Assembly: GCA_947581645.1 (NCBI GenBank)
Contig: CANPVF010000159.1
Span: 2,904-66,903, forward strand
Origin: Candidatus Caribbeanibacter nitroreducens
Lineage (GTDB): Bacteria; Gemmatimonadota; Gemmatimonadetes; Palauibacterales; Palauibacteraceae
DNA: 64,000 bases
Direction: 5' to 3'
The translations under genes were made by a program, and so were the position numbers. The notes below the pieces were generated by a model that saw only the letters and a program-made list of their open reading frames with translations, was not told the origin of the DNA and searched no databases. Below, one piece after another: positions 1 to 9,854 of this stretch. Numbering within the stretch: position 1 is the stretch's first letter; each line of letters begins with the position of its first letter.

Positions 1-11
1 AATTTGCGGCT

Positions 12-593
12 TCAGTTCACCGCCGCGCCGGCGTGATCCGGTGTCCCGGCGCCGTTCGTCCGGGCGTCGCCGTTGCCGGCCTCCACATTGGCCGCCCCGT
101 CCCCGTTGGCGGCCACGGGCCCGAGGAGCTCGATCCATCGCTCGCGGGAGCCGTCCAGCTCCACGTGGACCGGCACCCGGTCGTCACCGAGGCGGCGCCG
201 GAAGCGCTGGACCAGGCCGGGGAGCCGGCCGGCCGGGATCTCCCCGTGCTCGGTGATGCGCTGCTCCGGAACGTCCCCGGAGGAGGCGTCGCCGTCGCCG
301 TTCCGGCGGTTGGCCATCTCCCGGTCCCGCTCCCGGGTGTATCCGTCCGGTCCCGGAAGCTCCCTCCGCTCCTCCTGCGACGGGGGGACACGGGCGCTGT
401 ACAGTCGCCGCGTGCCGTTGTCACCGAAGCGCGTGAAGAGGACGAACTCCCGGGAACCCTCCGGCTCCTCCAGCGGGGGGAAGACCCACAGCTCCCCGAT
501 CTCGGTGGGCGGAATCACGCCCTCCAGCTCCAGGAGCCGTCGGCCGACTTCTTCGGTCAGCCGCTCGTGCCCGTGCTCCGCGGTACCGTCCAT
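12..593 (-). CDS. Hypothetical protein
   Basis: ORF track 12..728; ATG at 593 has a GAGGTG RBS; globular-looking core (ELWVFPPL...EFVLFTR...RLYSAR); no family recognised. Confidence 0.6.
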   Translation of the reverse strand: MDGTAEHGHERLTEEVGRRLLELEGVIPPTEIGELWVFPPLEEPEGSREFVLFTRFGDNGTRRLYSARVPPSQEERRELPGPDGYTRERDREMANRRNGDGDASSGDVPEQRITEHGEIPAGRLPGLVQRFRRRLGDDRVPVHVELDGSRERWIELLGPVAANGDGAANVEAGNGDARTNGAGTPDHAGAAVN

Positions 594-698
594 GTGGTGC
601 ACCTCGCCTGTGTTGACGTGTGTCGCTCTCGTCGTGGGAACACCACTCCGCCGGACGGGCGGCGTACGAGCCGTGCGGAGCATGGGTGGGGACGCCCA

Positions 699-728
699 AA
701 GATACGCCGAAGCGCCCGGCGGATTCAA
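699..728 (-). promoter_or_regulatory. Candidate sigma70-type promoter for the 12..593 gene
   Basis: Minus strand TTGAAT-N18-TATCTT in the intergenic region. Confidence 0.35.
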
Positions 729-781
729 GATCTACCGCGGTAGACACATGTGGCACCGGAGGGAGCGGAGACCCCGCTCCC

Positions 782-1783
782 TCACAGCGTGTCCGAGCCC
801 ACCACCGCCCGCACCTCGGCGAGCACGGCGTCCAGGGCCTCGTTCATGGGCAGATTCACCAGCGCCCCCGCCGCCTTGTCGTGGCCCCCGCCCTGGAACG
901 CCTTGGCCAGCTTCGAGACGTCCGTCTCGCCGTTCGAGCGGAAGGAGACCTTGGTGCGCCCGTCGGGGAGCTCCCGGAAGAGCATGGCCACCTCGACGCC
1001 CTCCAGGCGGCGGGCGTACTCCACCAGCCCCTCCCGGTCCTCGGTGTCGGCACCCGTCTCCTGCATGTCTTCCTGGGTGATGACGATCCACGCCACGGGA
1101 AGATCGGGATCGCGCTGCAGGGTGCCCAGCGCCCGCTGCAGGAGCTCGACCCTGGACATCGTCATCCGTCCGAAGAGCCGGCGGTACATCTCCGTGGGGT
1201 CCACGCCGCACTCCAGGAGCCGGGCGGCGATCTCGTGGGTGCGCGGCGTGGTGTTCGAGAAGCGGAAGGACCCGGTGTCGCTGACCAGCGCCACGTAGAG
1301 CGGACGCGCCTCGGCCAGCTCCAGCTCGCCCCCTTCCAGGGTGATCAGGTCGTAGATCAGCTCGCCCGTGGCGCACGCCGTGGGATCCCGCACCGCCACG
1401 TCGCCGATGGCCTCCGGGTCCGGCGGATGATGGTCGATCACCACCATACGCTTGCGGCGCAGGTCGTCCCACAGGTCTCCGAGACGGGTGCGCTCGGAGG
1501 TGTCCAGGACCACCGACAGGTCGGCGTTCTCGATGGCCCTGCGGCCCTCGGTCCACGGGTCCGGGACGGGAACGCCCTCGGGGAGGAGGAAGCTGAAGTT
1601 GTCCGGGATGCGGCTGGCGTTGACGATCCGGGCGCCGACGCCGTGCCGCCGGAGCCAGTGGGCCAGGGCGGCCTCGCTGCCGGCCCCGTCCCCGTCCGGA
1701 TTCAGATGTGTGGAGAGTACGACCTCGGAGGAAGAGAGGAGGAGTTCCCGGATCTCGGCGAGCCGGGCGCGCGGGTCAGTCAC
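782..1783 (-). CDS. nrnA: DHH/DHHA1 phosphoesterase (NrnA-like nanoRNase/pAp phosphatase)
   Basis: HLNPDGD, VVLDT, IDHH, SDTGSFRF and GGGH motifs; GTG start. Confidence 0.88.
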   Translation of the reverse strand: MTDPRARLAEIRELLLSSSEVVLSTHLNPDGDGAGSEAALAHWLRRHGVGARIVNASRIPDNFSFLLPEGVPVPDPWTEGRRAIENADLSVVLDTSERTRLGDLWDDLRRKRMVVIDHHPPDPEAIGDVAVRDPTACATGELIYDLITLEGGELELAEARPLYVALVSDTGSFRFSNTTPRTHEIAARLLECGVDPTEMYRRLFGRMTMSRVELLQRALGTLQRDPDLPVAWIVITQEDMQETGADTEDREGLVEYARRLEGVEVAMLFRELPDGRTKVSFRSNGETDVSKLAKAFQGGGHDKAAGALVNLPMNEALDAVLAEVRAVVGSDTL

Positions 1784-1934
1784 CAGACCTCGGCTCCTCC
1801 CCGTCCGCCGTATCGTAGGCCACATCACCGCCCCGGAGGATCCTCCAGAAGCAGTACACCATGAGGACGGTGACGGAGACCATGCTCACCAGCATGAAGG
1901 TCATGGCGAAGGGGGTCAGCGAAGGCTCGTCCAT
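1776..1934 (-). CDS. 52-aa single-TM protein, probable small subunit of the upstream NSS transporter (MetS-like)
   Basis: Not in ORF track; reads MDEPSLTPFAMTFMLVSMVSVTVLMVYCFWRILRGG...; GGAGGAG RBS; lies just downstream of the NSS gene. Confidence 0.7.
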   Translation of the reverse strand: MDEPSLTPFAMTFMLVSMVSVTVLMVYCFWRILRGGDVAYDTADGEEPRSGD

Positions 1935-2063
1935 GGTCTCCTCCCGTCGTGTCCCGTCAGTCTCGTTGCGTGTCCAGCTCCGTCGGCCGCGTGCGTTCCG
2001 CGCGGTCCGTCCGTCACGTCCGGGGTCATATCGCCCGGGGTCACATCGCTCCGCGCCCCGGAG

Positions 2064-3623
2064 CTACTGCCGGCGATCCCAGGCCTTCTTGATCAGGTAG
2101 CACGCTCCGGCCGCGATGCCCAGGATGGTGATTCGGCTCGCCCAGCGGTAGGGCAGATTCTCCGGATCCGCCACGTCCTGCATGAGAAGCACGTCGATGG
2201 CCTGTGTGCCGCCCCACCAGAGCAGGATGACCGCAAGGAAGGCCGGCGTCACGTACTTCATCACCGGCTTGTAGATCTCCGGCACCTGCAGGTCGGCCCC
2301 CTTGTGCATCCAGTCCCAGCCCCGGTCCAGGCCGAAGATGTAGACGAACAGGAAGACCTCGATCGTGGCCAGGGCCACCAGGCCGAAGGTGCCGGCCCAG
2401 TAGTCCCACTCGTTCATGAAGCCGAACTGGTAGAACACCACGTGGGCCAGGCCCAGGGTGAAGGCCACCGCCATGATCGAGTAGGAGGCCTTCTTTCGCT
2501 CCCAGTCGAACTCCTCCTGCAGGAACGCCATGGAGGGCGTGGCCAGGGCCACGCAGGACGTCACGCCGCCCACGAAGAGCAGGAAGAACCAGAAGAAGCC
2601 GAAGATCTGCCCCCAGATCTCCGGTCCCGGCAGGCCCTGGAAGACCACCGCCATGGCCACGATGCCCAGGTCGTAGGTGCCGCCCTCGGCGATGCCCACC
2701 GCGCCCTGCACGCCGAAGAAGACCACCGCCGCCGTGATGGCGATGGTGCCGCCCAGGACGATCTCGGCGAACTCGTTGGTGGCCGCCGTCGAGAGGCCCG
2801 TGAGGGTGATGTCGTCCTTGGCGTCCAGGTAGGACGCATAGGCGTGCACGTGTCCCGCGCCCAGGGAGAGCGTGAAGAACACCTGCCCCGCTGCCGCCAG
2901 CCACACCGATGGTTGGGACAGACTCGACCAGTTCGGGTCCCAGATGAAGTTGAGCCCCTGGGACGGCGTGGCCGCGGCCTCCGGCAGGGTCAGCACCCGG
3001 ACCATGAGCACGATGGCGAAGAGGAACAGCATCGGCACGCCGATGAGGGCCAGCTTCTCGATACCCCCGCTGATTCCCCGGGACAGCACCCAGCCCAGGA
3101 AGAGCAGCGTGACCAGGAAGAACAGGAGCGCCAGCGCCGGGACGCCTCCCAGGGCCGGCGAGGCCTCGAAGATGTTCTGGAAGTTGTAGAGGAAGTCCCG
3201 CATCTGACCGATGTCGGCGAACCCGAAGTAGTCGCCGGTGATGCTGAAGACGCTGAACCCCAGCATCCAGGACACCACGTAGGTGTAGTAGATGAAGATG
3301 ATCAGGGGGATGATCAGCCCCAGGACGCCCAGGTACTTCGCCCACGGCTTCTCCCGGTCCACCAGCGCGTCGAACATGCCGGGCAGGCTGCCGTGGCCCT
3401 TCGTGCCCCCGAAGCGCCCGATCGTCCACTCCATCCACATGAGGGGGATCCCCAGGAGGAGGAAGGAGACGAAGTACGGGATCATGAAGGTCCCGCCGCC
3501 GTTCTGGGCGGCCTGGACCGGGAAGCGGAGGAAGTTGCCCAGGCCGACCGCGTTCCCGGCCATGGCCAGGATCAGACCGATGCGTGTCGCCCAGTGCTCC
3601 TGGGAGTGGGTATCGGAGCTCAA
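2064..3623 (-). CDS. Sodium-dependent transporter, NSS/SNF (LeuT-like) family
   Basis: AGNAVGLGNFLRFP, NGGGTFMIPY and QVFFTLSLG motifs; about 12 TM; TTG start after GAGGAGGAG. Confidence 0.93.
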   Translation of the reverse strand: MSSDTHSQEHWATRIGLILAMAGNAVGLGNFLRFPVQAAQNGGGTFMIPYFVSFLLLGIPLMWMEWTIGRFGGTKGHGSLPGMFDALVDREKPWAKYLGVLGLIIPLIIFIYYTYVVSWMLGFSVFSITGDYFGFADIGQMRDFLYNFQNIFEASPALGGVPALALLFFLVTLLFLGWVLSRGISGGIEKLALIGVPMLFLFAIVLMVRVLTLPEAAATPSQGLNFIWDPNWSSLSQPSVWLAAAGQVFFTLSLGAGHVHAYASYLDAKDDITLTGLSTAATNEFAEIVLGGTIAITAAVVFFGVQGAVGIAEGGTYDLGIVAMAVVFQGLPGPEIWGQIFGFFWFFLLFVGGVTSCVALATPSMAFLQEEFDWERKKASYSIMAVAFTLGLAHVVFYQFGFMNEWDYWAGTFGLVALATIEVFLFVYIFGLDRGWDWMHKGADLQVPEIYKPVMKYVTPAFLAVILLWWGGTQAIDVLLMQDVADPENLPYRWASRITILGIAAGACYLIKKAWDRRQ

Positions 3624-3880
3624 GCGTCTCCTCCTCACTGTGTTCGGGACCCCGCGACCCGATGGCCGGGGAGGGAGTACGTGCGTCCAGACCCTGTATC
3701 CTCCGGGAGGACGGCGCGCGACGTGCCGTGCGCGGCCGACCCCTCACCAGCGAACGGGGCAGGGTACGTCCGGGTTCCGGGGCCGTCAAGGACGCTTGCA
3801 CGGGCCGGACGCCTCGGCGAATCCGGCCGGATCGGGGGAACGCCGTACCGCCGGAGGGCGCCCCCGGGAACGGCGTCGCG

Positions 3881-4543
3881 TCAGCCCCGGATCGTGCCGA
3901 AGAGGCGGGCCAGGGTCGACCCCAGGTGGACGAGCCAGCTCGACTCGCGCCCCCTGATCTCCCCCTCTCGGGCCGACTCGAGGAACTCCGTCGGCCCATC
4001 GAAGGGGCGGAGACGCAGGCGCCCCCGCCCCACGGCCCGGAGGAGATGGGCGTCGCTCCCGGCCCCCAGGGGCAGGTCCCTGTCGGCGGCCCACCGCTCG
4101 GCGCGCCGGTGCGCCTCGTCGTCGTGGGTGCGGGCGTTGAAGCCCTCCACCAGGTCGACGCAGTCCACGCGGCTCTCCAGGAAGGACTCGGTGGTGCCCC
4201 GACGGGGATCGAAGGGGTGGGGCAGGTAGGTGACGCCCCCCTGCTCCCGGATGGCGTCCGCCGTCTCGCGGAAGGAGCGCCCCGGCGGGATGTGCTCCTC
4301 CAGGAAGAGGCCGATGAGCTCCGGGCCGTCCGAGGTGCGGACCTCCTCGCCGACGATCACCAGCTCGGGATCGATGTCGCGGGCGGCGAAGGCGCCCTCG
4401 ATCCGGTCGTGGTCGGTGACCGCCAGCCGGTCGAGGCCCACCTCCCGGGCCCGGCCGACCAGCGCGCCCGGAGCCGTCAGGCAGTCCGGCGAGCGATCGG
4501 TGTGCGTGTGGAGATCCACGTCCCACCGGCCGTCGCCCGTCAC
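3881..4543 (-). CDS. PHP domain phosphoesterase
   Basis: DLHTHT, TDHD, HPFD and GSDAH motifs; GTG overlaps the coaE stop. Confidence 0.88.
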   Translation of the reverse strand: MTGDGRWDVDLHTHTDRSPDCLTAPGALVGRAREVGLDRLAVTDHDRIEGAFAARDIDPELVIVGEEVRTSDGPELIGLFLEEHIPPGRSFRETADAIREQGGVTYLPHPFDPRRGTTESFLESRVDCVDLVEGFNARTHDDEAHRRAERWAADRDLPLGAGSDAHLLRAVGRGRLRLRPFDGPTEFLESAREGEIRGRESSWLVHLGSTLARLFGTIRG

Positions 4544-5154
4544 GAGCCGCCGCTCCCCGCCGCCTCCGGAATCCGGCCCCACGCCCTGCGCGCCTTCTCC
4601 TCCAGCTCCTCCAGGCTGCCGTCGTTCTCGATGGCCAGGTCGGCTGCCGCGAGCTTGCGGTCGCCGGACCACTGCGCGCTCTCCATGGACGCGAAATGCG
4701 CCTCCGGGAGGTCACGCTCCTCCTGCACGCGCTCCAGGCGTCGGGCCCTGGGGGCGTCCACGGTGACCGTGACGTCGAAGCGATCCGCCAGGTCGTTCTC
4801 GAACAGGAGCGGCACCTCCACGACGGCCACCTCGACCCCCTCCTCCTCGGCCTCCCGGAGCTCCTGCTCCATGAGGCGGCGGATCTCGGGGTGGAGGAGC
4901 TTCTCGAGCTCCCGCCGCGCCGCCGGATCCCGGCTCACGATCTCACGCAGGGCGTCGCGGTCCAGGCCTCCGTCCTCGTCGGCGACGGCGGGGCCCCAGC
5001 GGTCCCGGATCTCCCGGAGCGCCGGCTGCCCCGGGGCCACCGCCTCCCGCGCCAGCCGGTCGGTGTCGATGCGCCGTGCCCCCCACTCCTCGAACAGCGC
5101 CGCCACGGTACTCTTGCCGGCCCCGAGAGTGCCGGTGAGGCCCACACGGATCAC
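4540..5154 (-). CDS. coaE: Dephospho-CoA kinase
   Basis: VGLTGTLGAGKS P-loop, IDTD, LDRDAL, LLHP and EVPLLFE motifs. Confidence 0.93.
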   Translation of the reverse strand: MIRVGLTGTLGAGKSTVAALFEEWGARRIDTDRLAREAVAPGQPALREIRDRWGPAVADEDGGLDRDALREIVSRDPAARRELEKLLHPEIRRLMEQELREAEEEGVEVAVVEVPLLFENDLADRFDVTVTVDAPRARRLERVQEERDLPEAHFASMESAQWSGDRKLAAADLAIENDGSLEELEEKARRAWGRIPEAAGSGGS

Positions 5155-6278
5155 CCTTCCTCCCCCCCTCCCGGGATCACGGGCTCCAGGGCGCCCGGAT
5201 CCACGCCCAGCGCGTCCAGGAAGTCCCGGAACAGGGAGCGCTGCACCCGGTCGACCTCGTCGTCGGTCAGGCTTCCCACGGGCACCTGGGCCCCGGCCAG
5301 GGCCCCGTGTCCACCGGCGGAGCCCCGGTCCCCGATGACCGCGCGGATCACGTCGCCGGCGTGCGTCGTGGGCTCGTAGCTGCGGGCCGAGAGCAGCAGG
5401 TCGTCGTGGTATCGCCCGGCGGCCAGCGTCCACTCCACGCCCTCCACGCGCATGAAGAGGTCGGCCAGCTCCGCCACCATGTCCGGATAGTCCATCTGAC
5501 CCGCGGGCACGCAGACCACGCCGTCGGCCCGGCGGGCCTCCTCGAGGGCGTCGTGGATCGAGCTGTAGTAGCTGGCGGGCACCCGCGCGTGGCGGATGCG
5601 GGCGATGGCCGCGGGATCGGAGCGGGTGTACAGGTACATGCTGGCGTCCACGTCCGCCGGGACCGCCTCGCGACCCAGGTCCTGCGTCTCGCTCTGGATC
5701 CCGTAGAAGAGAGCGGTGGCCAGCCGGCGCCCGGGCTGGATCCCGGCCGCCCGCAGGTATTCGACGAGGATCGAGCAGCTGGCGCCGTACTCGGGCCGCA
5801 CGTCGGCATAGCTGCAGGCGGTGGTCTCGGGGCGCACCGGGTGGTGGTCCAGCACGATGCTCACGATGCGCCCCTCCGGCAGGGAGTTGTTGCCGGTGCG
5901 GGGCTGGGTGTCGACCAGGGCGATGGGCAGCGTCGTGGGCAGCTCCTCCGGACGGACCCGGTCGAAGCGGACCCCGAGCTCGTCGATGAGCGCCCGGTTC
6001 TCGGCCCGGCCCACGATGCCGCCGAAGGCCAGGGTGGTCTCGACTCCCGCCTCCTCCTCCAGGAGCCGCGCCAGGGCCGCGGACGAGGCGATGGCGTCGG
6101 GATCCGGGTTGTCGTGCGTGAGGACCAGCACGCGGTCGGCGTCCTCCACGGCGCCCACCATCTGCGCCAGGCGCACGGTGTCCTCCACCGTCTCCCGGTC
6201 GGGAGAGTCGGCAGCCGCGTCCCCGGCGGGCCGGCCGGGAGCCTCGCCGGTCTGGTCCGGGTCCTCCTGCTCGCTCAT
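5151..6278 (-). CDS. DHH family phosphoesterase (second type)
   Basis: HDNPDPDAIAS, LVDTQP, LDHH, SETQDL and AGGHG motifs. Confidence 0.85.
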   Translation of the reverse strand: MSEQEDPDQTGEAPGRPAGDAAADSPDRETVEDTVRLAQMVGAVEDADRVLVLTHDNPDPDAIASSAALARLLEEEAGVETTLAFGGIVGRAENRALIDELGVRFDRVRPEELPTTLPIALVDTQPRTGNNSLPEGRIVSIVLDHHPVRPETTACSYADVRPEYGASCSILVEYLRAAGIQPGRRLATALFYGIQSETQDLGREAVPADVDASMYLYTRSDPAAIARIRHARVPASYYSSIHDALEEARRADGVVCVPAGQMDYPDMVAELADLFMRVEGVEWTLAAGRYHDDLLLSARSYEPTTHAGDVIRAVIGDRGSAGGHGALAGAQVPVGSLTDDEVDRVQRSLFRDFLDALGVDPGALEPVIPGGGEEG

Positions 6279-6291
6279 CTCGCGTGCGGGG

Positions 6292-6489
6292 TCAGTCCGA
6301 GCAGTCGCCGTGCGGATACGGGTGCCCGCAGTTGGGACAGTGCCCACCCTTGCACCCCATGAGCCGCACCGGCAGCGGGACGCCGCAGCGGAGGCACGGC
6401 TCCGTCTCCTCCCCGCCCCCGCTCCCGGCGTCGGACAGGAGCTCCCGGGCCGCCGCCCTGCCGCCGGCCTTCCCCTCTGCCGTGCTCAT
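6292..6489 (-). CDS. 65-aa Cys-rich zinc-ribbon microprotein
   Basis: C-terminal part of the 6292..7641 frame; ATG overlaps the upstream TGA (ATGA); CLRCG...CKGGHCPNCG...GDCSD. Confidence 0.65.
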   Translation of the reverse strand: MSTAEGKAGGRAAARELLSDAGSGGGEETEPCLRCGVPLPVRLMGCKGGHCPNCGHPYPHGDCSD

Positions 6490-7157
6490 CCCGCGTTCCC
6501 GAACGCGCCGGTGAGGAACGGATTCGAGCTCGCCTCCTTCTCCACGCTGGTCTTCGGGCCGTGGCCGGGGTACAGCGTCGTGTCGGAGGGCAGGGTGAGG
6601 ATCTGCTCCTGGATGGAGCGGATCAGGGTCTCGCCGTCCCCGCCGGGCAGGTCCGTGCGGCCGATCGAGCCCGAGAAGACGCAGTCCCCGACGAAGGCCG
6701 CGCCGTCGGTGCACAGTGTCACGCCGCCGGGGGAGTGTCCCGGCGTGTGTCGCACCTGGAGCTCGATCCCCGCCAGCTCCAGCTGCTGGCCGTCCTCGAG
6801 GGGGTGATCGGGCTCCGGCATCGGCGGGATCCGGAGGCCGAAGCTGGCCCCCTGGTCCGGGGCTCGCCCGTACAGGTCCCGGTCGTCGGGATGGAGGTAG
6901 ACGGGCGCTCCGGTCCGCTCGTGCAGCGCCGGCAACCCGGCGACGTGGTCCACGTGGGCGTGGGTCAGCAGGATGGCCGCCAGGTCGACGCCCCACTCCT
7001 CCAGGGTGCTCCGGATCCGCGGGTCGTCGTGTCCCGGGTCCACCACCAGGGCACGGCCGCTCTCCGGGCCCGGGTCCCCCTGGAGCCGGAGCAGATAGCA
7101 GTTCGACTCCATCGGGCCCACCGCGAGCCCACGGATCTCGAGTGTCTCGGCGCCCAT
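6486..7157 (-). CDS. MBL-fold metallo-hydrolase (glyoxalase II/YcbL-like)
   Basis: THAHVDH, TPGHSPG, GD, GRTDLPGG and PGHG motifs. Confidence 0.9.
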   Translation of the reverse strand: MGAETLEIRGLAVGPMESNCYLLRLQGDPGPESGRALVVDPGHDDPRIRSTLEEWGVDLAAILLTHAHVDHVAGLPALHERTGAPVYLHPDDRDLYGRAPDQGASFGLRIPPMPEPDHPLEDGQQLELAGIELQVRHTPGHSPGGVTLCTDGAAFVGDCVFSGSIGRTDLPGGDGETLIRSIQEQILTLPSDTTLYPGHGPKTSVEKEASSNPFLTGAFGNAG

Positions 7158-7231
7158 TGGTCCCCACCTCTACTGGACCGCTCGTCGTGCTCTGGCCCGG
7201 CCGTCCTCGGATCGATTCCGGCCGCCTACAG

Positions 7232-7258
7232 AAAAAGGGCCCGCTCGGACGCGGACCC
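7232..7258 (-). terminator. Intrinsic terminator after the iscA-like gene
   Basis: Minus strand GGGTCCGC-gtccga-GCGGGCCC followed by TTTTT. Confidence 0.65.
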
Positions 7259-7307
7259 TGTCCTCCAGCGGTGTCGCGACGCCCCCGCGGCTCCCGGAGG
7301 CGGCGAC

Positions 7308-7685
7308 TCAGACCTTGAACGAGGAGCCGCAGCCGCAGCTCCCCGTGGCGTTCGGGTTCTCGAAGGTGAACCCGGACGCCTGGAAGCTGCTCTTCCAGCC
7401 GATGACCGTGCCCTCCAGGTACTGGGCGCTGAACGGGTCCACGAAGAGCGTGATCCCCCGCCGCTTCACGACCAGGTCGTCCTCCTCGGAGGACTCCTCG
7501 ATGTTGAGGCCGTACTCGAAGCCGGAGCATCCACCCGGCACCACGCTCACGCGAAGGCCCGCCACCTCGTCGGTGAGGTCCTCCTCGGTGAGGAACTCCC
7601 GCACCTTCTCGGCGGCCTGCTCGGTGAGCTGGATGTCGCACCCGGGGCTGTCGGTCTCTCGTTCCGCTACCTGGGCGTCACTCAT
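7308..7685 (-). CDS. iscA: A-type Fe-S carrier (HesB/IscA/ErpA family)
   Basis: GGCSGFEY and C-terminal NPNATGSCGCGSSF. Confidence 0.92.
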   Translation of the reverse strand: MSDAQVAERETDSPGCDIQLTEQAAEKVREFLTEEDLTDEVAGLRVSVVPGGCSGFEYGLNIEESSEEDDLVVKRRGITLFVDPFSAQYLEGTVIGWKSSFQASGFTFENPNATGSCGCGSSFKV

Positions 7686-7767
7686 GGCGGATCCCGTCCG
7701 TGCTGAATGTGTGTTCATGCCGATCGTAGAGCCCGCTCGCCCGCGCCTCAACCGGAGGCGCGAGTCG

Positions 7768-8877
7768 TCAGGAGGCCGTCGCCGGCGTCCTGCCCGTCTC
7801 CTCGGGGCTCATCTCGCCGCTCCGAACCTCCACCTGGGCCTCGAACTCGGGGCTGTCCTCGGCGGGCGGCCAGTGCGGCTCCTCGCCCTCGGCCTCCGCC
7901 TCGCGGAGCTCCTGCAGGTACTCCTCGGCGGCGAAGACCGCCGTCGTGGCGTCGCCCACGGCGGTGGTGATCTGCCGCACCAGCTGTGACCGGACGTCCC
8001 CGGCCACGAAGAGACCCGGCGTCGAGCTCCGCATGTGACTGTCGGTGATGATGTACCCGGCGTCGTCGTGCTCGGCGTGCTCGCCGACGATGCCGGTGTT
8101 GGGGACGAAGCCGATGAAGATGAACACGCCGGTCACCGGGAGCTCCCGCGTCTCGTCCAGCTCGATGACGTCGCCGGTCTCCGGATCGGTCTTCACCTTC
8201 CGGAGCCGGAGGCCGCTGACGCCGGTCTCCGGATCGCCCTCGATCTCCTCGACGACGTGGTTCCAGACGATCTCCGCCTCGTCCTCCTCCACCTTGTCCA
8301 TCAGCCGGTCCTCCAGGACCGCCTGCGCGGTGAAGTGGTCGCGGCGGTGCACCACGGTGACCTTGCTGGCGTAGCGGGTGAGGAACGTGGCTTCCTCCAC
8401 GGCCGAGTCGCCGCCCCCGACGACGGCGATGTGCTCGCCCTTGAAGAAGGCGCCGTCGCAGATGGCGCAGTAGCTGACGCCCTTGCCCCGGTACTCGTCC
8501 TCGCCGGGAACGCCCAGCGTCCGGTAGCTGCCGCCGGCGGTCATGATCACCACCGGCGAGCGGTAGGTCTCGCCGTCGGCGGTGTGGACCAGGAAGCGAC
8601 GATCCTCGTCGCGCTCGATGCTCGTGACCTCACCCCGCGCGACGCCGACGCCGAACTTCTCGGCGTGATCGGTCATCGCCCGGGCCAGCTCCATCCCGCC
8701 CACGTCCTCCAGGCCGGGATAGTCGTCCACCGTGTCGGTGAGGAGCAGCTGGCCGCCCGGCATGTCCTTGTCGAGCACGAGGGTGTCGAGCTCGGACCGG
8801 CCCGCGTACAGGGCGGCGCACAGGCCCGCCGGGCCCGCGCCGACGATGATCATCTCGTGCTCCGACTCGATCTCCAT
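7768..8877 (-). CDS. trxB: Thioredoxin-disulfide reductase
   Basis: GAGPAG, GVSYCAICDG, GGGDSAVEEA, VHRRD and AGDV motifs. Confidence 0.95.
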   Translation of the reverse strand: MEIESEHEMIIVGAGPAGLCAALYAGRSELDTLVLDKDMPGGQLLLTDTVDDYPGLEDVGGMELARAMTDHAEKFGVGVARGEVTSIERDEDRRFLVHTADGETYRSPVVIMTAGGSYRTLGVPGEDEYRGKGVSYCAICDGAFFKGEHIAVVGGGDSAVEEATFLTRYASKVTVVHRRDHFTAQAVLEDRLMDKVEEDEAEIVWNHVVEEIEGDPETGVSGLRLRKVKTDPETGDVIELDETRELPVTGVFIFIGFVPNTGIVGEHAEHDDAGYIITDSHMRSSTPGLFVAGDVRSQLVRQITTAVGDATTAVFAAEEYLQELREAEAEGEEPHWPPAEDSPEFEAQVEVRSGEMSPEETGRTPATAS

Positions 8878-8944
8878 CTCCTGTCACGTCTCCCTGGATT
8901 CGTCCTCGAAGTCGGCTCCGCCGGCGTACCCCGACCTAAGCCTA

Positions 8945-9841
8945 CTAACCCGCAGCCGTCGTCGCGTGCGCCCCGTCGGCCCCGCAGCGTCGCTCGATCG
9001 CGTCCATCCACTCCGCGGGGACCCCCTCGGTACCGAGGTCCGCCCGGTGTCCCTCGGGGCCGTGCCAGTCCGATCCGCCGCTCCGGAGGAGGTCCAGCTC
9101 CTCGGCCAGCGCGTCCATCCTCCGTCGCACGTCCGGGGCGTTGGCGGGGTGCAGCACCTCGACGCCGTCGATCCCGTCGTCCACCCACCGGCGGATGTCG
9201 TCCGCGGTGTGGGCCCGGCCCGGATGGGCGACGAGCGTCACGCCGCCGGCCTCGTGCACCCGATCGCAGACCTCCTTCGGGCGGAGCGGCGGCTTCTCGA
9301 CGAAGGCGGGATTCCCCCGGGAGAGATACCGGCCGAAGGCGGTCTCCTGGTCCGGGACCAGCCCCTCGGCCTCCAGCGCCCGGCCCAGGTGGGCGCGCGT
9401 CAGGATGTCGCCGCCGGCCTGCTTCCGGACGTCCTCCATGGTGAGGTCCAGCCCCTGCTCGCGGAGCCGGACCACCATCTCCTCGGCCCGGCGCGCCCGG
9501 GCGTCGCGCCACCCCTCCAGGAAGTCGCGCAAACCCTCGTGATCCGGGTCGAAGCCGAAGGCCAGGATGTGGATGGAGGCCCCGGGCTCGTTGGCCGACA
9601 GCTCGGCTCCGGGCAGGAAGCGCAGGCCGTGCTCCTCGGCGGCACGGGCCGCCTCCTCCAGGCCGTCCACGGTGTCGTGATCGGTCAGGGACAGGCCCTC
9701 CAGACCCTGCCGGGCCGCCCGCTCCACGACCTCCGTCGGCGTCTCGGTGCCGTCGGAGGCCGTGGAGTGCAGGTGGAGGTCCACCTCGCCCCGCTCGGCC
9801 GAGCCCGGGCCGGTCGGACCGCCCGCGGAGGACGCCGTCAC
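8945..9841 (-). CDS. PHP domain protein (TrpH/YciV-like)
   Basis: DLHLHSTASDG, TDHDT, AHP and GGSDWHG motifs. Confidence 0.9.
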   Translation of the reverse strand: MTASSAGGPTGPGSAERGEVDLHLHSTASDGTETPTEVVERAARQGLEGLSLTDHDTVDGLEEAARAAEEHGLRFLPGAELSANEPGASIHILAFGFDPDHEGLRDFLEGWRDARARRAEEMVVRLREQGLDLTMEDVRKQAGGDILTRAHLGRALEAEGLVPDQETAFGRYLSRGNPAFVEKPPLRPKEVCDRVHEAGGVTLVAHPGRAHTADDIRRWVDDGIDGVEVLHPANAPDVRRRMDALAEELDLLRSGGSDWHGPEGHRADLGTEGVPAEWMDAIERRCGADGAHATTAAG

Positions 9842-9854
9842 GCCCGGCCCCCGG

